In this document: in pieces, positions 43,322 to 54,013 of the stretch
How the letters are laid out: each line of letters begins with the position of its first letter
How positions within the stretch are numbered: the stretch's first letter is position 1
Source of the DNA: Candidatus Marinacidobacterales bacterium
GTDB taxonomy: Bacteria; Acidobacteriota; Vicinamibacteria; Marinacidobacterales; DATDRI01
Assembly (NCBI GenBank): GCA_965219415.1
Contig: CBDCNP010000002.1
Coordinates: 4,576,001 to 4,640,000, forward strand
Length of the DNA: 64,000 bases
Direction: 5' to 3'
Notes under the pieces: model-generated
What the model saw: the letters and a program-made list of their open reading frames with translations, nothing else
What the model was told of the DNA's origin: nothing
Database searches by the model: none
Program-made: the position numbers and the translations under genes

Positions 43322-44674
43322 ATGAGACTTAGACGCATCACTATTCGTAAATTGTTCGGAATGTTCGATCATGACATCCAGCTCAACCAACGCGAGCGAA
43401 TCACCATAATTCATGGCCCGAACGGAGTCGGGAAAACCACAGTACTTAGGCTAATCGCGGACCTATTTTCACGGCGATACTTGTCGCTTCAAAGGGTGCC
43501 GTTTTCCTCCATGAGGGCCGAGCTTCGCAACGGAAGCGGGCGAGCGACTCTGACGGTTCGCCGTACCGTCACCAAAAAGAAGGATAAGCCGATCGAACTA
43601 AAGTTCCGATTGGAAGACGGTTCCGAGAGGGCCGAGGGCGCGGTGCCAAAGGAGCACGTCATCAGATGGTCCTCGCGTCAACATCGCCCGCCACCCGGTC
43701 TTCGGTTGGTCGAAGAGTACGTCCCCTTCCTTGAACGAATCGGGCCGCAGCGATGGCTAGACCGGCGGTTTGATGAGTCCTTAACTCTTGAGGAGGTCTT
43801 TCAACGATTCGGCGAAATGTTACCTCCGGAAGCTGGCCCAGCTGTGGACGCGGTGCCTGATTGGCTAGAAAACGCCCTCAAGTCTGTTCAGACTCACTTC
43901 ATTCAAACTCAGCGCCTCCTCGTCTCTCCTCGTCGGCGGAGACGGGCGCCCGATCCTGACACCCGGACGACCAGCACAGTTGAGCAGTACGCGGAGGACA
44001 TGGCTACCCTCATCCAAGAGAGGCTTCGGCAGTCCGGCACCCTTGCTGCCTCGCTCGATAGTACGTTCCCTCGACGTCTCATTGAGGGATCGCTGCCTGT
44101 TGCGATTGACGAGATTCAGATCCGGGATGAGTACAAGCGACAATCAGAGTTTCGAGAGCGGCTTATGGCCGCCGGCCTTATTGATCCCGGCGCACAGGTG
44201 CCATTACCCGCAGGCGAACTGGGGCTGAACGAAAGGAAGGTTCTCTGGTACTACCTGGAGGATGTGAGCAAGAAGTTTAAGGTCTTCGAGAACCTGCTGG
44301 ACCGAGTCGAACTGTTGCAGGATATCATCAATAGCCGATTTCTGTACAAGACAATGACCGTCGACAAAACGCACGGCTTTCTCTTTGAGACAGACACCAC
44401 GAAACAGAGGATTCCCCTGGCGTCGTTATCATCGGGCGAGCAGCATGAACTCGTGCTAGCGTTTGAGCTCCTCTTTAGGGTTACGGAACAGCCTTTGATT
44501 CTCATCGACGAGCCAGAGCTTTCGCTTCACGTCACTTGGCAGCACAAGTTCTTGGACGACATCGAACGGATTTCGGCGCTGGCCAATCTGGATTTTCTGG
44601 TCGCTACTCACTCGCCGTCCATAATCCACAATCGCCAGGACCTTATGGTTGAGCTAGCCGAGAATACTCGGTGA
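43322..44674 (+). CDS. ABC/AAA ATPase, PARIS AriA-like
   Basis: IHGPNGVGKTT Walker A; LSSGEQ signature; LIDEPELSLH; VATHSP. Confidence 0.85.
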   Translation: MRLRRITIRKLFGMFDHDIQLNQRERITIIHGPNGVGKTTVLRLIADLFSRRYLSLQRVPFSSMRAELRNGSGRATLTVRRTVTKKKDKPIELKFRLEDGSERAEGAVPKEHVIRWSSRQHRPPPGLRLVEEYVPFLERIGPQRWLDRRFDESLTLEEVFQRFGEMLPPEAGPAVDAVPDWLENALKSVQTHFIQTQRLLVSPRRRRRAPDPDTRTTSTVEQYAEDMATLIQERLRQSGTLAASLDSTFPRRLIEGSLPVAIDEIQIRDEYKRQSEFRERLMAAGLIDPGAQVPLPAGELGLNERKVLWYYLEDVSKKFKVFENLLDRVELLQDIINSRFLYKTMTVDKTHGFLFETDTTKQRIPLASLSSGEQHELVLAFELLFRVTEQPLILIDEPELSLHVTWQHKFLDDIERISALANLDFLVATHSPSIIHNRQDLMVELAENTR

Positions 44675-45555
44675 TTCAGTACATCACTGGCGCCGATGTA
44701 GCTGCCGAAGTCAGACTCGTGCGGGCAGCCTTTCGAGGCACGATCGCGATTGTCGAAGGCTCGACTGACTACAAGCTGTTCCAAAGATTTACTGACGAGC
44801 GACTCTGCCGATTGCTGCCGAGTCATAGTAAGGAAAACGCCCTTGAGGCTGTTCGACTGCTAGAGGAGACTGGATCAGAGGGCGTTCTATGCATCGTTGA
44901 TGCCGATTACTGGCACCTGGACGGTGGCGCACCCACTTCTGGAAACGTGATTCCTACCGATCGGCACGACATCGAAGTCGACATCATTTGCAGTAGAGCA
45001 CTTGATCGTTTCTTGCGCGAGTATGGATCGAAAACGAAGACCCAAAGCTTTGTCTCCGCAGAAGAAAACAAACCACTTTCAGAGATACTCCTCACTCGAC
45101 TTCTACCGCTCGGACACCTACGCCGACTTTCGCTCCTGAACAATTTTTCGCTTCGTTTCGAGGGCCTGAAATTTCGTCGCTTCGTCGATCCGGCGGCATT
45201 GCTGGTCGACATAGACGCTCTCGTCTCCCAGGTCCTTAACCTCACTCGCGACTCGTCGATCGACGAAGGAAGCTTGCTTAGCAAGCTAGCTGAGGCGGTA
45301 GAAGACGCTATCGACGCGGAGCAATGTTGCTGCGGACACGACGTAGTCGAGCTCCTCTCGCTCGGGCTCCGTCGCGCTCTCGGTAGCCAGAGAGCCGCTG
45401 TTTCATCAGTAGAGAACCTGGCGAGAGCGTTACGGCTCGCTTTTGACTGGCTGGACCTGTCGTCCATGCGCATGTTTCGCCTAGTCACTGCATGGGAAGA
45501 AGCCAATCCACCGTACGTCGTTTTCTCTCCCTCCCCGTCCTGTGCCAAAATTTGA
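44671..45555 (+). CDS. DUF4435/TOPRIM protein, PARIS AriB-like
   Basis: IVEGSTD, IVDADY, HDIE, CGHD motifs; GTGA overlap with the ATPase. Confidence 0.8.
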   Translation: MIQYITGADVAAEVRLVRAAFRGTIAIVEGSTDYKLFQRFTDERLCRLLPSHSKENALEAVRLLEETGSEGVLCIVDADYWHLDGGAPTSGNVIPTDRHDIEVDIICSRALDRFLREYGSKTKTQSFVSAEENKPLSEILLTRLLPLGHLRRLSLLNNFSLRFEGLKFRRFVDPAALLVDIDALVSQVLNLTRDSSIDEGSLLSKLAEAVEDAIDAEQCCCGHDVVELLSLGLRRALGSQRAAVSSVENLARALRLAFDWLDLSSMRMFRLVTAWEEANPPYVVFSPSPSCAKI

Positions 45556-45761
45556 TCCACTTGCAACGTTACAAGCGAACAGTTGACGCGGCGTGGGCGA
45601 CGCTTGGATATTCGCTCTCGACTAGGTGGTCATCTGCATGGTGACGACCCGTCCAAAGGGTAGCTCTGCTCAATGGTTGTCGCGGGCCTCACCGGCGCTT
45701 AGACGCTGGTCGGACTCGATCTGCCATTGCTGAAACTTCGCCAGTGTGAAGGTCGCTTTCG

Positions 45762-48611
45762 TCAGGCGCGCGTTTGACCGCGAGGCACTCGTCTTGTTCG
45801 GGCCCGGCGCTTGCCCTTGCCAGCAGCCTTTGCAGCCAGCGGGGCCTGCATGCGCTCGTACAAAGCAAAGAGGTACTCGACGCGCTCGCGCTCGGACATG
45901 AAGCGCGCACGGCGGTAGAGACGGTCGACGGCGCGGTCCAGCGCGTGATGTGCTCTTCGGAGGTTCGGCGGCATCAGGTCGGGGTCGTAGAGAGCGGCCA
46001 ATGTCGCGTCCGGGTGAGCGGCGCGGGCGTCGAGCACGGCCTGCGCAAGCAGCTCCAGTGCCAACAAACTCGCGTTCTCGCTCTTGAAGCCGGGCGGTGT
46101 CGGGAAAGCGTTGTAAACGACACCGATGGAGTAGCGGTAGTCGCTTTTCAACCGCCCGCCGATGTGGCGTAGCCATGCCATGTGCATGGCTGAGGTCAGC
46201 AGGGCGAAATCAGCTAATGTGGCGTCTTTCAGAACCCGAACAAGGTTGCTCGGGATTACCGGCGGCTTCAGCCAGTCTATAGGGACGTATTCACGCCGTT
46301 CAGAGCTGACCTCCGGCAGAACGAGGAACGGGGCGGCCGGCAGGATGTTCACTTGCCAGAGCGTGGGTGTCTCAGCCAGTTTCAGTGTGGACGTTCGTTT
46401 GCTGGTCCTTCGGTAAGCGCGAACGGCGGCGATGCGTTCTCTGACTCGTGGCAGTTGCGCCAGAGTAGCGGGCGAAGCGTCATGCAACGCAAGAATCCAG
46501 CGCTCGCCACCTTGTAGGTACTCACGAGCGCCGACGAAAGGACGCAACAAAGTCGCTGCGTCCGGTTCGGCATCCAGGAACGCGAGTCGTTCTTCAGCAT
46601 TGAAAATGTAGAGTCCATCGTCGATGGGCTGGGAGCCGGTGACCAGTTGAATCAGTCCGTTTATCGTCCTGCCCTCTTCTCGGACGACGAGGTGGGGATT
46701 GGCTAGTGCCCCGCCGTCGAACAGGTAGGGCGTGATCACGGCGTGGCGGCTTTCGAGCGGCTCCCCGTTGAGGTCCTCGTAGGCGAACAGCCTCCTGTCC
46801 CGTGGCGCATGCTCGGTCGTGTTTAGTCCGATGATGACCACATGCACGTGGGCTTTGCCGCGGGCGTCAGAACCCCAGGCAAACGTCCGGTGGGCAAAGG
46901 CGATTTCCAAACGGTAGCGATCGAGTAGCAGCGGCCACAGCTGCGCGACCTGCTCGCCCTGGGTAATCGAGTTGGTTGCGACGAAGCCGATCCCAGGTGG
47001 CCGACTGCTGTTTTCTGGCCGTGCTTGCCGCACATACTCGCCGGCGCGAATGAACCACGCGGCTACGTAGTCGAGCGTGCCGCCGCTACCGCCAAGCGCC
47101 GCGATACGGCGCACCTGCGACCGCTGCCCGGTCGACTGGAACTTGGCTCCACCAAATGGTGGATTGCCGAAGACATACGAGCACTCATTCGGCGGCAACA
47201 CTTCACCCCAGTCGATCTCCAGCGCGTCGGCGTGGTGAATATGCGGCGACTTCTCGATCGGAATCCGCGCGTAGGTCTGGCCGAACTCCAAGCTCAGCCG
47301 GTTGTTCATGATGTGGTCCATCATCCAGAGCGCGGTCGCGGCGATGCGCGCCGGGAACTCGCTGATCTCGATGCCGTAGAACTGATCCACATCGACTACC
47401 GACTGCACCTCCAGTTTCAGTTGGGTAGCGTCTGTGCGCGACGCCATCTCCCGCAACACTTCGATTTCCAGAGAGCGCAACTCCCGGTAGGCGATGATGA
47501 GGAAGTTGCCGCAACCGCACGCCGGATCGAACAGGCGAAGCGTGCCGAGTCGGTCCCGAAACTTCCGGAGATCGGCTATGCTGCGGCCGTCCCGGCGTTT
47601 CTGAAGCTTCTGGAACTCCGCGCGCAGATCGTCGAGAAACAACGGCTCGATCACCTTCAGGATGTTTTTCTCGGTGGTGTAGTGCGCACCCTGCGCGCGC
47701 CGGTCGGATGGTTCCATGACCGCCTGGAAGAGTGCACCGAAGATGGCTGGCGATATCGCCGTCCAGTCGAACCGGCTCGCGTCGAGGAGCGCCTGCCGCA
47801 TCGAGGCATTGAAATCCGGGATACGCAGGGTTTCGGCAAACAGCTCGCCGTTAACGTGCGGAAAGCGCGCCAAATCCTCATCGAGCGCCGCTTGACGGCG
47901 CTCAATCGGCGTGTTCAGCACCTGGAAGAGCCGCGCCAGCCATGGACCGAGGTCGGCTCCGTCGTCTGACGTGCGCTCCTCGATGAACTGCAGAAAGATG
48001 TCGCGCGGCTCGAAGATCCCGGTGTCGTCGGCGAACAGGCAGAACACGATTCGGACCAGAAACAACTCCAGGTCGTGGCCGTCGTAGCCGGATGATTTGA
48101 GCGCGTCGTGCAAGCGCGCGATCAGCTCGGACGCCTTGATGTTGACTGGATCCTGATCGCGGAACGCGCGGCGTTGCACACCGATGATGAACCCGAACTT
48201 CTCGACGTGCTGGGGCAGGTCGACAAGTGCGAGGCGGGTCTCTTCGCGCTCTTCCCGGTCGAGCAGCTCGAACGTCTGGAAATCGCAGAGTAGCTGGTAG
48301 CGGGGGCGGTCCCGCTCGGGAAGCGCATCGAAGTACCGGCCAGCTTGACGGCGAGCAATGGCTAAATCGCGACCGGCGCTCTTCTGCTCGACTAGCAGGA
48401 CGCCAGGCCAGAACAGATCGATGAAACCGGAGGTGTTGTCCAGTCGACGGATGTGTTCCTCGTACCGCGCGACGGTGCGCCGCCGGACACCGAAGATGTC
48501 GAAGAACTCGTTGTAGAAGCTCTGCGTCTCGCCCTTCTCGTACGTAGCGTCCGCCCATTCACGGGCGAAGTCGGCGGCGCGCGCTCGAATCTCGTTCCAG
48601 GAAAGCCTCAT
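45762..48611 (-). CDS. MmeI-like type IIL restriction-modification fusion
   Basis: FIDLFWPG..LVEQKS nuclease; GAHYT; DPACGCGNFL; GNPPF; RLKSDYRYS; HHALDRAVD. Confidence 0.92.
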   Translation of the reverse strand: MRLSWNEIRARAADFAREWADATYEKGETQSFYNEFFDIFGVRRRTVARYEEHIRRLDNTSGFIDLFWPGVLLVEQKSAGRDLAIARRQAGRYFDALPERDRPRYQLLCDFQTFELLDREEREETRLALVDLPQHVEKFGFIIGVQRRAFRDQDPVNIKASELIARLHDALKSSGYDGHDLELFLVRIVFCLFADDTGIFEPRDIFLQFIEERTSDDGADLGPWLARLFQVLNTPIERRQAALDEDLARFPHVNGELFAETLRIPDFNASMRQALLDASRFDWTAISPAIFGALFQAVMEPSDRRAQGAHYTTEKNILKVIEPLFLDDLRAEFQKLQKRRDGRSIADLRKFRDRLGTLRLFDPACGCGNFLIIAYRELRSLEIEVLREMASRTDATQLKLEVQSVVDVDQFYGIEISEFPARIAATALWMMDHIMNNRLSLEFGQTYARIPIEKSPHIHHADALEIDWGEVLPPNECSYVFGNPPFGGAKFQSTGQRSQVRRIAALGGSGGTLDYVAAWFIRAGEYVRQARPENSSRPPGIGFVATNSITQGEQVAQLWPLLLDRYRLEIAFAHRTFAWGSDARGKAHVHVVIIGLNTTEHAPRDRRLFAYEDLNGEPLESRHAVITPYLFDGGALANPHLVVREEGRTINGLIQLVTGSQPIDDGLYIFNAEERLAFLDAEPDAATLLRPFVGAREYLQGGERWILALHDASPATLAQLPRVRERIAAVRAYRRTSKRTSTLKLAETPTLWQVNILPAAPFLVLPEVSSERREYVPIDWLKPPVIPSNLVRVLKDATLADFALLTSAMHMAWLRHIGGRLKSDYRYSIGVVYNAFPTPPGFKSENASLLALELLAQAVLDARAAHPDATLAALYDPDLMPPNLRRAHHALDRAVDRLYRRARFMSERERVEYLFALYERMQAPLAAKAAGKGKRRARTRRVPRGQTRA

Positions 48612-49896
48612 CGACGTCCGCCGATCGTCGTGCAGTTCGGAAGGTGGCTGAACTCGCTGGTGGCAATGCAGATGTCGAAATGGACGGCTAGCATCGCGTC
48701 TGTTACCGCTCGAGTCTTGAGGTAGGCGCGGTCGTAGAACGGCTCCTCGAGCGTCGCCACCCCGACGTGGCGCCAATCCTGGCGCGGGCTATTGTTGAGA
48801 TGGACTGACCGAAAGACGACGGCGGTTACCCCCAACGCCATCGACGGCGTTCGCTGCACGTTGTAGTTACGGATGCCCCATCGCCAGGATCTTGCGCACC
48901 GCCATCGGGCATGCTCAGCTTCATATCACGAGCCGGACGGACGGCCAACACCTGTGCGCCTCCGTCGTCCTGTCTCGTGGACTGTAGTCAGAGGGCGGAT
49001 GATCGATCTCCGCTCGGAAATCAAGATAGAGGCCAAATCTGAGACAAGTAAGGACATCTAGGTGGAAACGTACCTGGACCAGAACGTGCTAGCCCGATAC
49101 GCCGAAGTAGCCCGGGCCTCAATTCTGGCCTCTTTTCCGCTGCCGCACGACCCCCGGTCAGCGCCCGTTACCCTCTGTGGCGCAAACTTGGCACTCGAAA
49201 ATCGAGATTAGAGACGAATGCCGAAAATGAGGCCCGTTCCGCCCTTCTAGCGCGTCTCTGGTGACACCTATCCCTGCAAAACCCCGCCAACCGCGCGGAA
49301 AATCTCATCCGTCTCTGCAGTGCCACAATTGGCCAGACTGGGTGGCGGATGGTGCAGTTCGGAGCTATCCGGTCTCGGTAAAAGGTATTTATAGAGTTTA
49401 TAGAGTGTTACTTCGCCCTTTCGCCGCGCGCGTGGTGGGGCAATGTAGCGAAAACTCAGAGAAGCTCTGGTGCCCACGTCGTTCTATCCTCTTGTACTAC
49501 AGTGATTTAAAGCCATCCGTCACGTGCTGATCCCCGCACGCCTCATCGACGGGGGGTCATTCGAGTTTATTTGCGAATTGACATTAAATCTGATTTTCTA
49601 GACGGCAATCTCAACCTCCTTGACGCCTGTAAGAGGACCGTGTTGTAAACCCTCCGACGGAGGCTCCGCTCGTAAATCATTGTAGTGAAAAGCTCTTACG
49701 CCTCATCGATGGACGCGTCGTTGACGGGAACACCTTTCCGACTATCGCAGTCGTAAGGCTCAAGTGGGGGCAAGTGGAGCTATTCGGCTCTTGGCAGCAA
49801 ACAAGCAGTAACGGTGCAAAACAGGTCATAAAAATGCAATTGGAGGGCATTTCGGGGCCGAATCGAGCGCTAATCGCTCAGCTAGTGAGAAGACGC

Positions 49897-50383
49897 CGTC
49901 GTGTCCAAAAACACAAACGAACTCAAGACCGGCGCGCCAAGACGTTTCGGTCGGTGGCCCGGCGGCGACAGCGTGCAGAATCTCCACCCGCGATGGCAGA
50001 TTCAAGCGGCCCTTGGAAAGGTGCAAACTGCTGACCCGCTCGGCGTTCGAGTATTTTGAGCAGACGGGTTGGCGTCGCGCCCGTCAAGCTGCCCGCACGC
50101 AGCCCGGATTTGAACTCGTTCGCGGAGCGCTGGGTGAAGTCAGTCAAAGAGGAATGTCTCTCGAAGCTCATCCTGTTCGGCGAGAAGTCGCTCCGTCATG
50201 CGCTTAGGGAGTACGTCGTCTACTATCATCATGAGAGGAATCATCAAGGCAAGGAGAATCTGCTGCTGTTCCCAGCCAGCGACCCGTTACCTCAGTCCGA
50301 GCGCAAGGTGCGCTCCCGTGAACGGCTTGGCGGGTTGCTCCGTTTCTACCATCGGGAAGCCGCATGAGTATTTTGACCTCACG
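49897..50383 (+). mobile_element. CGT-ended mini-element (49897-50066) followed by transposase 3' fragment and right end
   Basis: SPDLNSFAERWV...ERNHQG...RERLGGLLRFYHREAA* then gtattttgacctcacg. Confidence 0.85.
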
Positions 50384-50612
50384 GGTTACGCCGCGGCAAT
50401 CCTGGTTCGGTCGTCGATTATGACGATGACGGATTCGTCGTCGTCGGTGTGCCGCTCAGGATTGAGCTCGACGTCACGTTCGGCGACATGTTGGCAAAGA
50501 GGCGGCGGTGGATCTCGAAGGACGACCCGGAGTGGCAGATGCTGGCGGTTTGGGCGCGTGGCGAAGAGCCTACGTGCCTGAGCTACTGAACCAACAGGAA
50601 CTCCGCCGTCGG

Positions 50613-50729
50613 TACTGTCAAGTTGAGGCATTCAGGGCCGATCCGACCCCAAGATGTTGGCAACGCGGTGCGCTCAAGCCCCATTATCTAGCGGCCCACT
50701 CCGAGCTTGAGACCTCAACTTGACACTAC
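50613..50729. mobile_element. ~117-bp MITE
   Basis: Inverted ends tgtcaagttgagg / cctcaacttgaca; one end recurs at ~42745-42761. Confidence 0.6.
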
Positions 50730-50851
50730 CCTGCGTCATGACGGGGGAGCCTGTCAACCGAGGCCGCGACGACGGCGCCGAGTCGGCTGGAGCCGGCTGA
50801 TCGAGGTCGCCACCAGAAGAACGTCGTCTGTGCTATAAGGGACTTGATCCC

Positions 50852-51553
50852 ATGACGGTTCTTCGCGTACGTCATCACGTCGCATCGATCAACGTCAACT
50901 TCAAGCTGAGCCGATTCATTGCCGATTGGCCGACCGCCCAGCAGACGTTCATCGGCGGAATCGCTGACCGGTTTCACGACTGGCATCCGATTCACCCGAG
51001 GGACTTTAGCGTGACGCCGGCCTTGTCGCTGGAGGACCTGCGGTGCAAGTGCCAGCTCTTTGAAGGCGCTTGCAGCATCGTTCTTGCGCCAGACTCGTTG
51101 CAACTCAGTTTTGCAGGTGTGAAGCAGCCTGTTCATCCAAACGTTCTGGAGACAATTAAACGTTCCGAGAAATGGCTTTCGTCGGCGCTTGACGGTCATG
51201 AACGAGAGTGGTTTTCATTCCACACCCGCGCGCATCTGCAGGCACTGGACGATGGCGCCGTCGACATATACCTGGATCAGTTCGTGTCGGGAGAGACTAA
51301 CGAAGTGGTGAAATCGAAACCGAATGTGAGGCTCGTTCCCTCGACTCACATGATTCTTTCCGACGAAGAGGAAACGTGGGAGTTGCGACGCATGGTTGAG
51401 AAGTCTGCGTTTGTCGAGAACGGTATCTTCATGGACACATGGGTTCAGGTCCGTTCTTCAGGTCTTGCAAGTTTCGATGATCACATCGCGCTTATCGAGC
51501 ATCTCGACAGGCTTGCAGATCGAGCCGTCGGGCTGCAGTGCGAGGAAATGTAA
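50852..51553 (+). CDS. Hypothetical protein (possibly TIGR04255-like), gene 1 of a three-gene operon
   Basis: 233 aa; TAATG coupling to gene 2; family resemblance from memory only. Confidence 0.6.
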   Translation: MTVLRVRHHVASINVNFKLSRFIADWPTAQQTFIGGIADRFHDWHPIHPRDFSVTPALSLEDLRCKCQLFEGACSIVLAPDSLQLSFAGVKQPVHPNVLETIKRSEKWLSSALDGHEREWFSFHTRAHLQALDDGAVDIYLDQFVSGETNEVVKSKPNVRLVPSTHMILSDEEETWELRRMVEKSAFVENGIFMDTWVQVRSSGLASFDDHIALIEHLDRLADRAVGLQCEEM

Positions 51554-52275
51554 TGGCAACAATACAGTACGGGGACGGCTCGGCATACGATACCCTCCGA
51601 TATCCTCATTCGCAGATTGCGGAGGAAGGCCCAATGACGGCGCCGTTTCAGGTGAAAAGCCGCACGATGCATGAGCTTGCGCCGGAAGATCCCATGACGG
51701 TGCCGTTTCGAGCGAAAAGCCGCGTGATACACGTAGCGCCAAGTGCGACTCCGCACCTCTGGGTGTCATGGGCCAACGTGAATGCACCGTCATTGAGTGG
51801 AACAGGTGCACCTGAAGCGTATCGGCAATTACACGCGCCGGCATCGCTCTGGCTTGCGGATGCCTTGGTGGCATTGGGGGAGGTCGACGACGAAATTGCG
51901 GAGGAGAATCTCCCAGAAATCAATGATGCCATAAAGACCGAAGCGAGAAGGATCGTCACGGCGTTGGCGCGGCACCCGTGGGCTCCTACCGTCTATCCTA
52001 CGCAGGATGCCGAGATCGCTATCCATTTCAAGTCACGGGACTTGCCGAATTCCGTCGTCATTCTGTTGAACAACGGTGGGCAGGCGGAGTGCTATGCCTA
52101 CACAAGTGGAAAGAGTCGGCGCGCCCACTATGATGTTTCGTCGGATCTTCCCGATGGCTTCGTCATGGAGCAGTTGCGCGCGTTGACACGCAGACAGCGT
52201 GCTACTTGGGCGGCGTCGGGAGCAATCGATCCGTTCGCGATGATATACTATCCGGGTCTTCCGACGATGTGGTGA
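51553..52275 (+). CDS. Hypothetical protein with internal 20-aa duplication, gene 2
   Basis: 240 aa; EEGPMTAPFQVKSRTMH / PEDPMTVPFRAKSRVIH; PTVYPTQDAEIAIHF. Confidence 0.65.
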   Translation: MATIQYGDGSAYDTLRYPHSQIAEEGPMTAPFQVKSRTMHELAPEDPMTVPFRAKSRVIHVAPSATPHLWVSWANVNAPSLSGTGAPEAYRQLHAPASLWLADALVALGEVDDEIAEENLPEINDAIKTEARRIVTALARHPWAPTVYPTQDAEIAIHFKSRDLPNSVVILLNNGGQAECYAYTSGKSRRAHYDVSSDLPDGFVMEQLRALTRRQRATWAASGAIDPFAMIYYPGLPTMW

Positions 52276-52324
52276 GCACACAGTTGCGGCAACCTTTAGC
52301 ACGAATCCCGCAGCAGCGGAATCA

Positions 52325-52738
52325 TTGACAGCACCGACACAATTGGATCCTGATGAAGATCTCGGCAGATCCGTGTTCTCTCGACGTAGGAGCAATCGTG
52401 CGCGCAACAGCCACATTGATATGGACATTTTTCTGGAGCGAGAAGAAGCCGAGTCGATCTCGGTCGACCGGATGCGACATGCGTCGCTCGGTGAACTGGC
52501 TGAATGGTCCATAGTGCGGGGGCGGAACAGAACACCGCCTCGAGATTTCCATGGATGGGCGGTGCTGGCGGTCCGGCACGCGGAGATGGATGGAAGGACC
52601 GTCACCGCCACTCCAACTCCCGAGAACAGGTGCCACGCGGACATCTTCCTGAACATCACTGGAGACGAGAGAAGGCGCAAACAAAAGCAACATGCGAACG
52701 AATTGGCGGCGAACTCCCGGTGGCTGGAGTTGCCGTAG
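52325..52738 (+). CDS. Hypothetical protein with ADP-ribosyltransferase/RES-like motif order, gene 3
   Basis: 137 aa; LGRSVF...SISVDR...ENRCHADI. Confidence 0.55.
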   Translation: MTAPTQLDPDEDLGRSVFSRRRSNRARNSHIDMDIFLEREEAESISVDRMRHASLGELAEWSIVRGRNRTPPRDFHGWAVLAVRHAEMDGRTVTATPTPENRCHADIFLNITGDERRRKQKQHANELAANSRWLELP

Positions 52739-53467
52739 AATCAGATTGCCGTGATCTCATGCGTTTGATCCGACGCGCCTGACTGTCATGCCCGCCGCGA
52801 CCGCCGCCACCTTCGCCGGCCCTCGAAAAACAGAAGGTATGGGTGCGCCGGGTGTCGGACACGGAAGCGGCAATTCTGTCGCTTCCGTTTACATGCATCG
52901 CCCGGCGGGCCCCTCCAGAAAGGAAACCGATGGATCACGAGAAGCTGTATCACTACACCTTCAATACGAAATCGTCTCGGGTATGTTTGCGATCAGAGGC
53001 CCTTCTGGCGCTTACAATTGTAAAGCCGAATTTAATGGTAGCGAGGGCCGCGCCGGTCAATCTTGCAGTGCCGGGCCTCCAGAGCAAAGGGCGACTCCAA
53101 ATAGAACGCGATTTCGATGGCGGCGCTCTATTCGTGATTGCCGGCGAGTCTCCTTTGCCATTGGTGCGATGTGGCCTCGCCTGGACAACTGATGGGGAGA
53201 GAGAGGTTGCGGAAGCCATGTTGTGCCAACTGCCTACGGAACGATTTCTACCAGGGTGCTACGTACAACACATAGGCACGCCGCCTACATATGACGATGC
53301 CGAGCTCTGCGTGGTCTGGGCTTTGCTGGCTTCAGGCTAACTAGAACGAGAGACTTCTATATAACGGGCTTCTTGCATGGGTTGCGCCGAGCGTCGGAAG
53401 GGGATTAGAACAACCCGTGCATTAGCTTCGCAAATGAGCGAATCCATAGGAACTGAACTGTATCACA

Positions 53468-53689
53468 ATGACCACTGACATCAACGATCTAATTCCCTCG
53501 TATCCCTGCGGGAATTGCGGCAAGGAGCTTGGCAAGAGCTACGCATGGATGAAGTCTCACAATCACTTTGTCTGCGATTGCGGTGCTCGTAATGAGTGGT
53601 TCCCCGATGACATCGAGGAGCTCGTCCAGGGAATCATGAAATTTAGAGAGGATGGCCGCGCGTTGCTCCGTCAGCTCAAGAAGAAGTGA
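53468..53689 (+). CDS. Small zinc-ribbon protein
   Basis: 73 aa; CGNC...CDC. Confidence 0.5.
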   Translation: MTTDINDLIPSYPCGNCGKELGKSYAWMKSHNHFVCDCGARNEWFPDDIEELVQGIMKFREDGRALLRQLKKK

Positions 53690-54013
53690 CAGCTCTTCGC
53701 AAGCGGCTTTCCATTCCGATCCGTCGAACTCAAACTTAGTGTGGAAGGTTTTCATGGGAGGATGATATCAAATTGAGCGGTGTCTTGATTGTGGCCGGGA
53801 TGCTGGCGGGGCTCGCCTTTCAGACTGACCCTGACCGCTTCGATCTTTTCAACAAGTGCAGGCCGATGGATTTAATAGTGGACGTCAGTAGCCTTGGGGG
53901 AGACTCCTCCGCACCGCGCGAGGATATTCAAAAACGCCTTAAAGTTATTGCCGAAAGCCGTTTACGGGCCGCTCGGCTGTACCCTTTCGAGCTTCGCGGC
54001 GGCGACCTATCGC

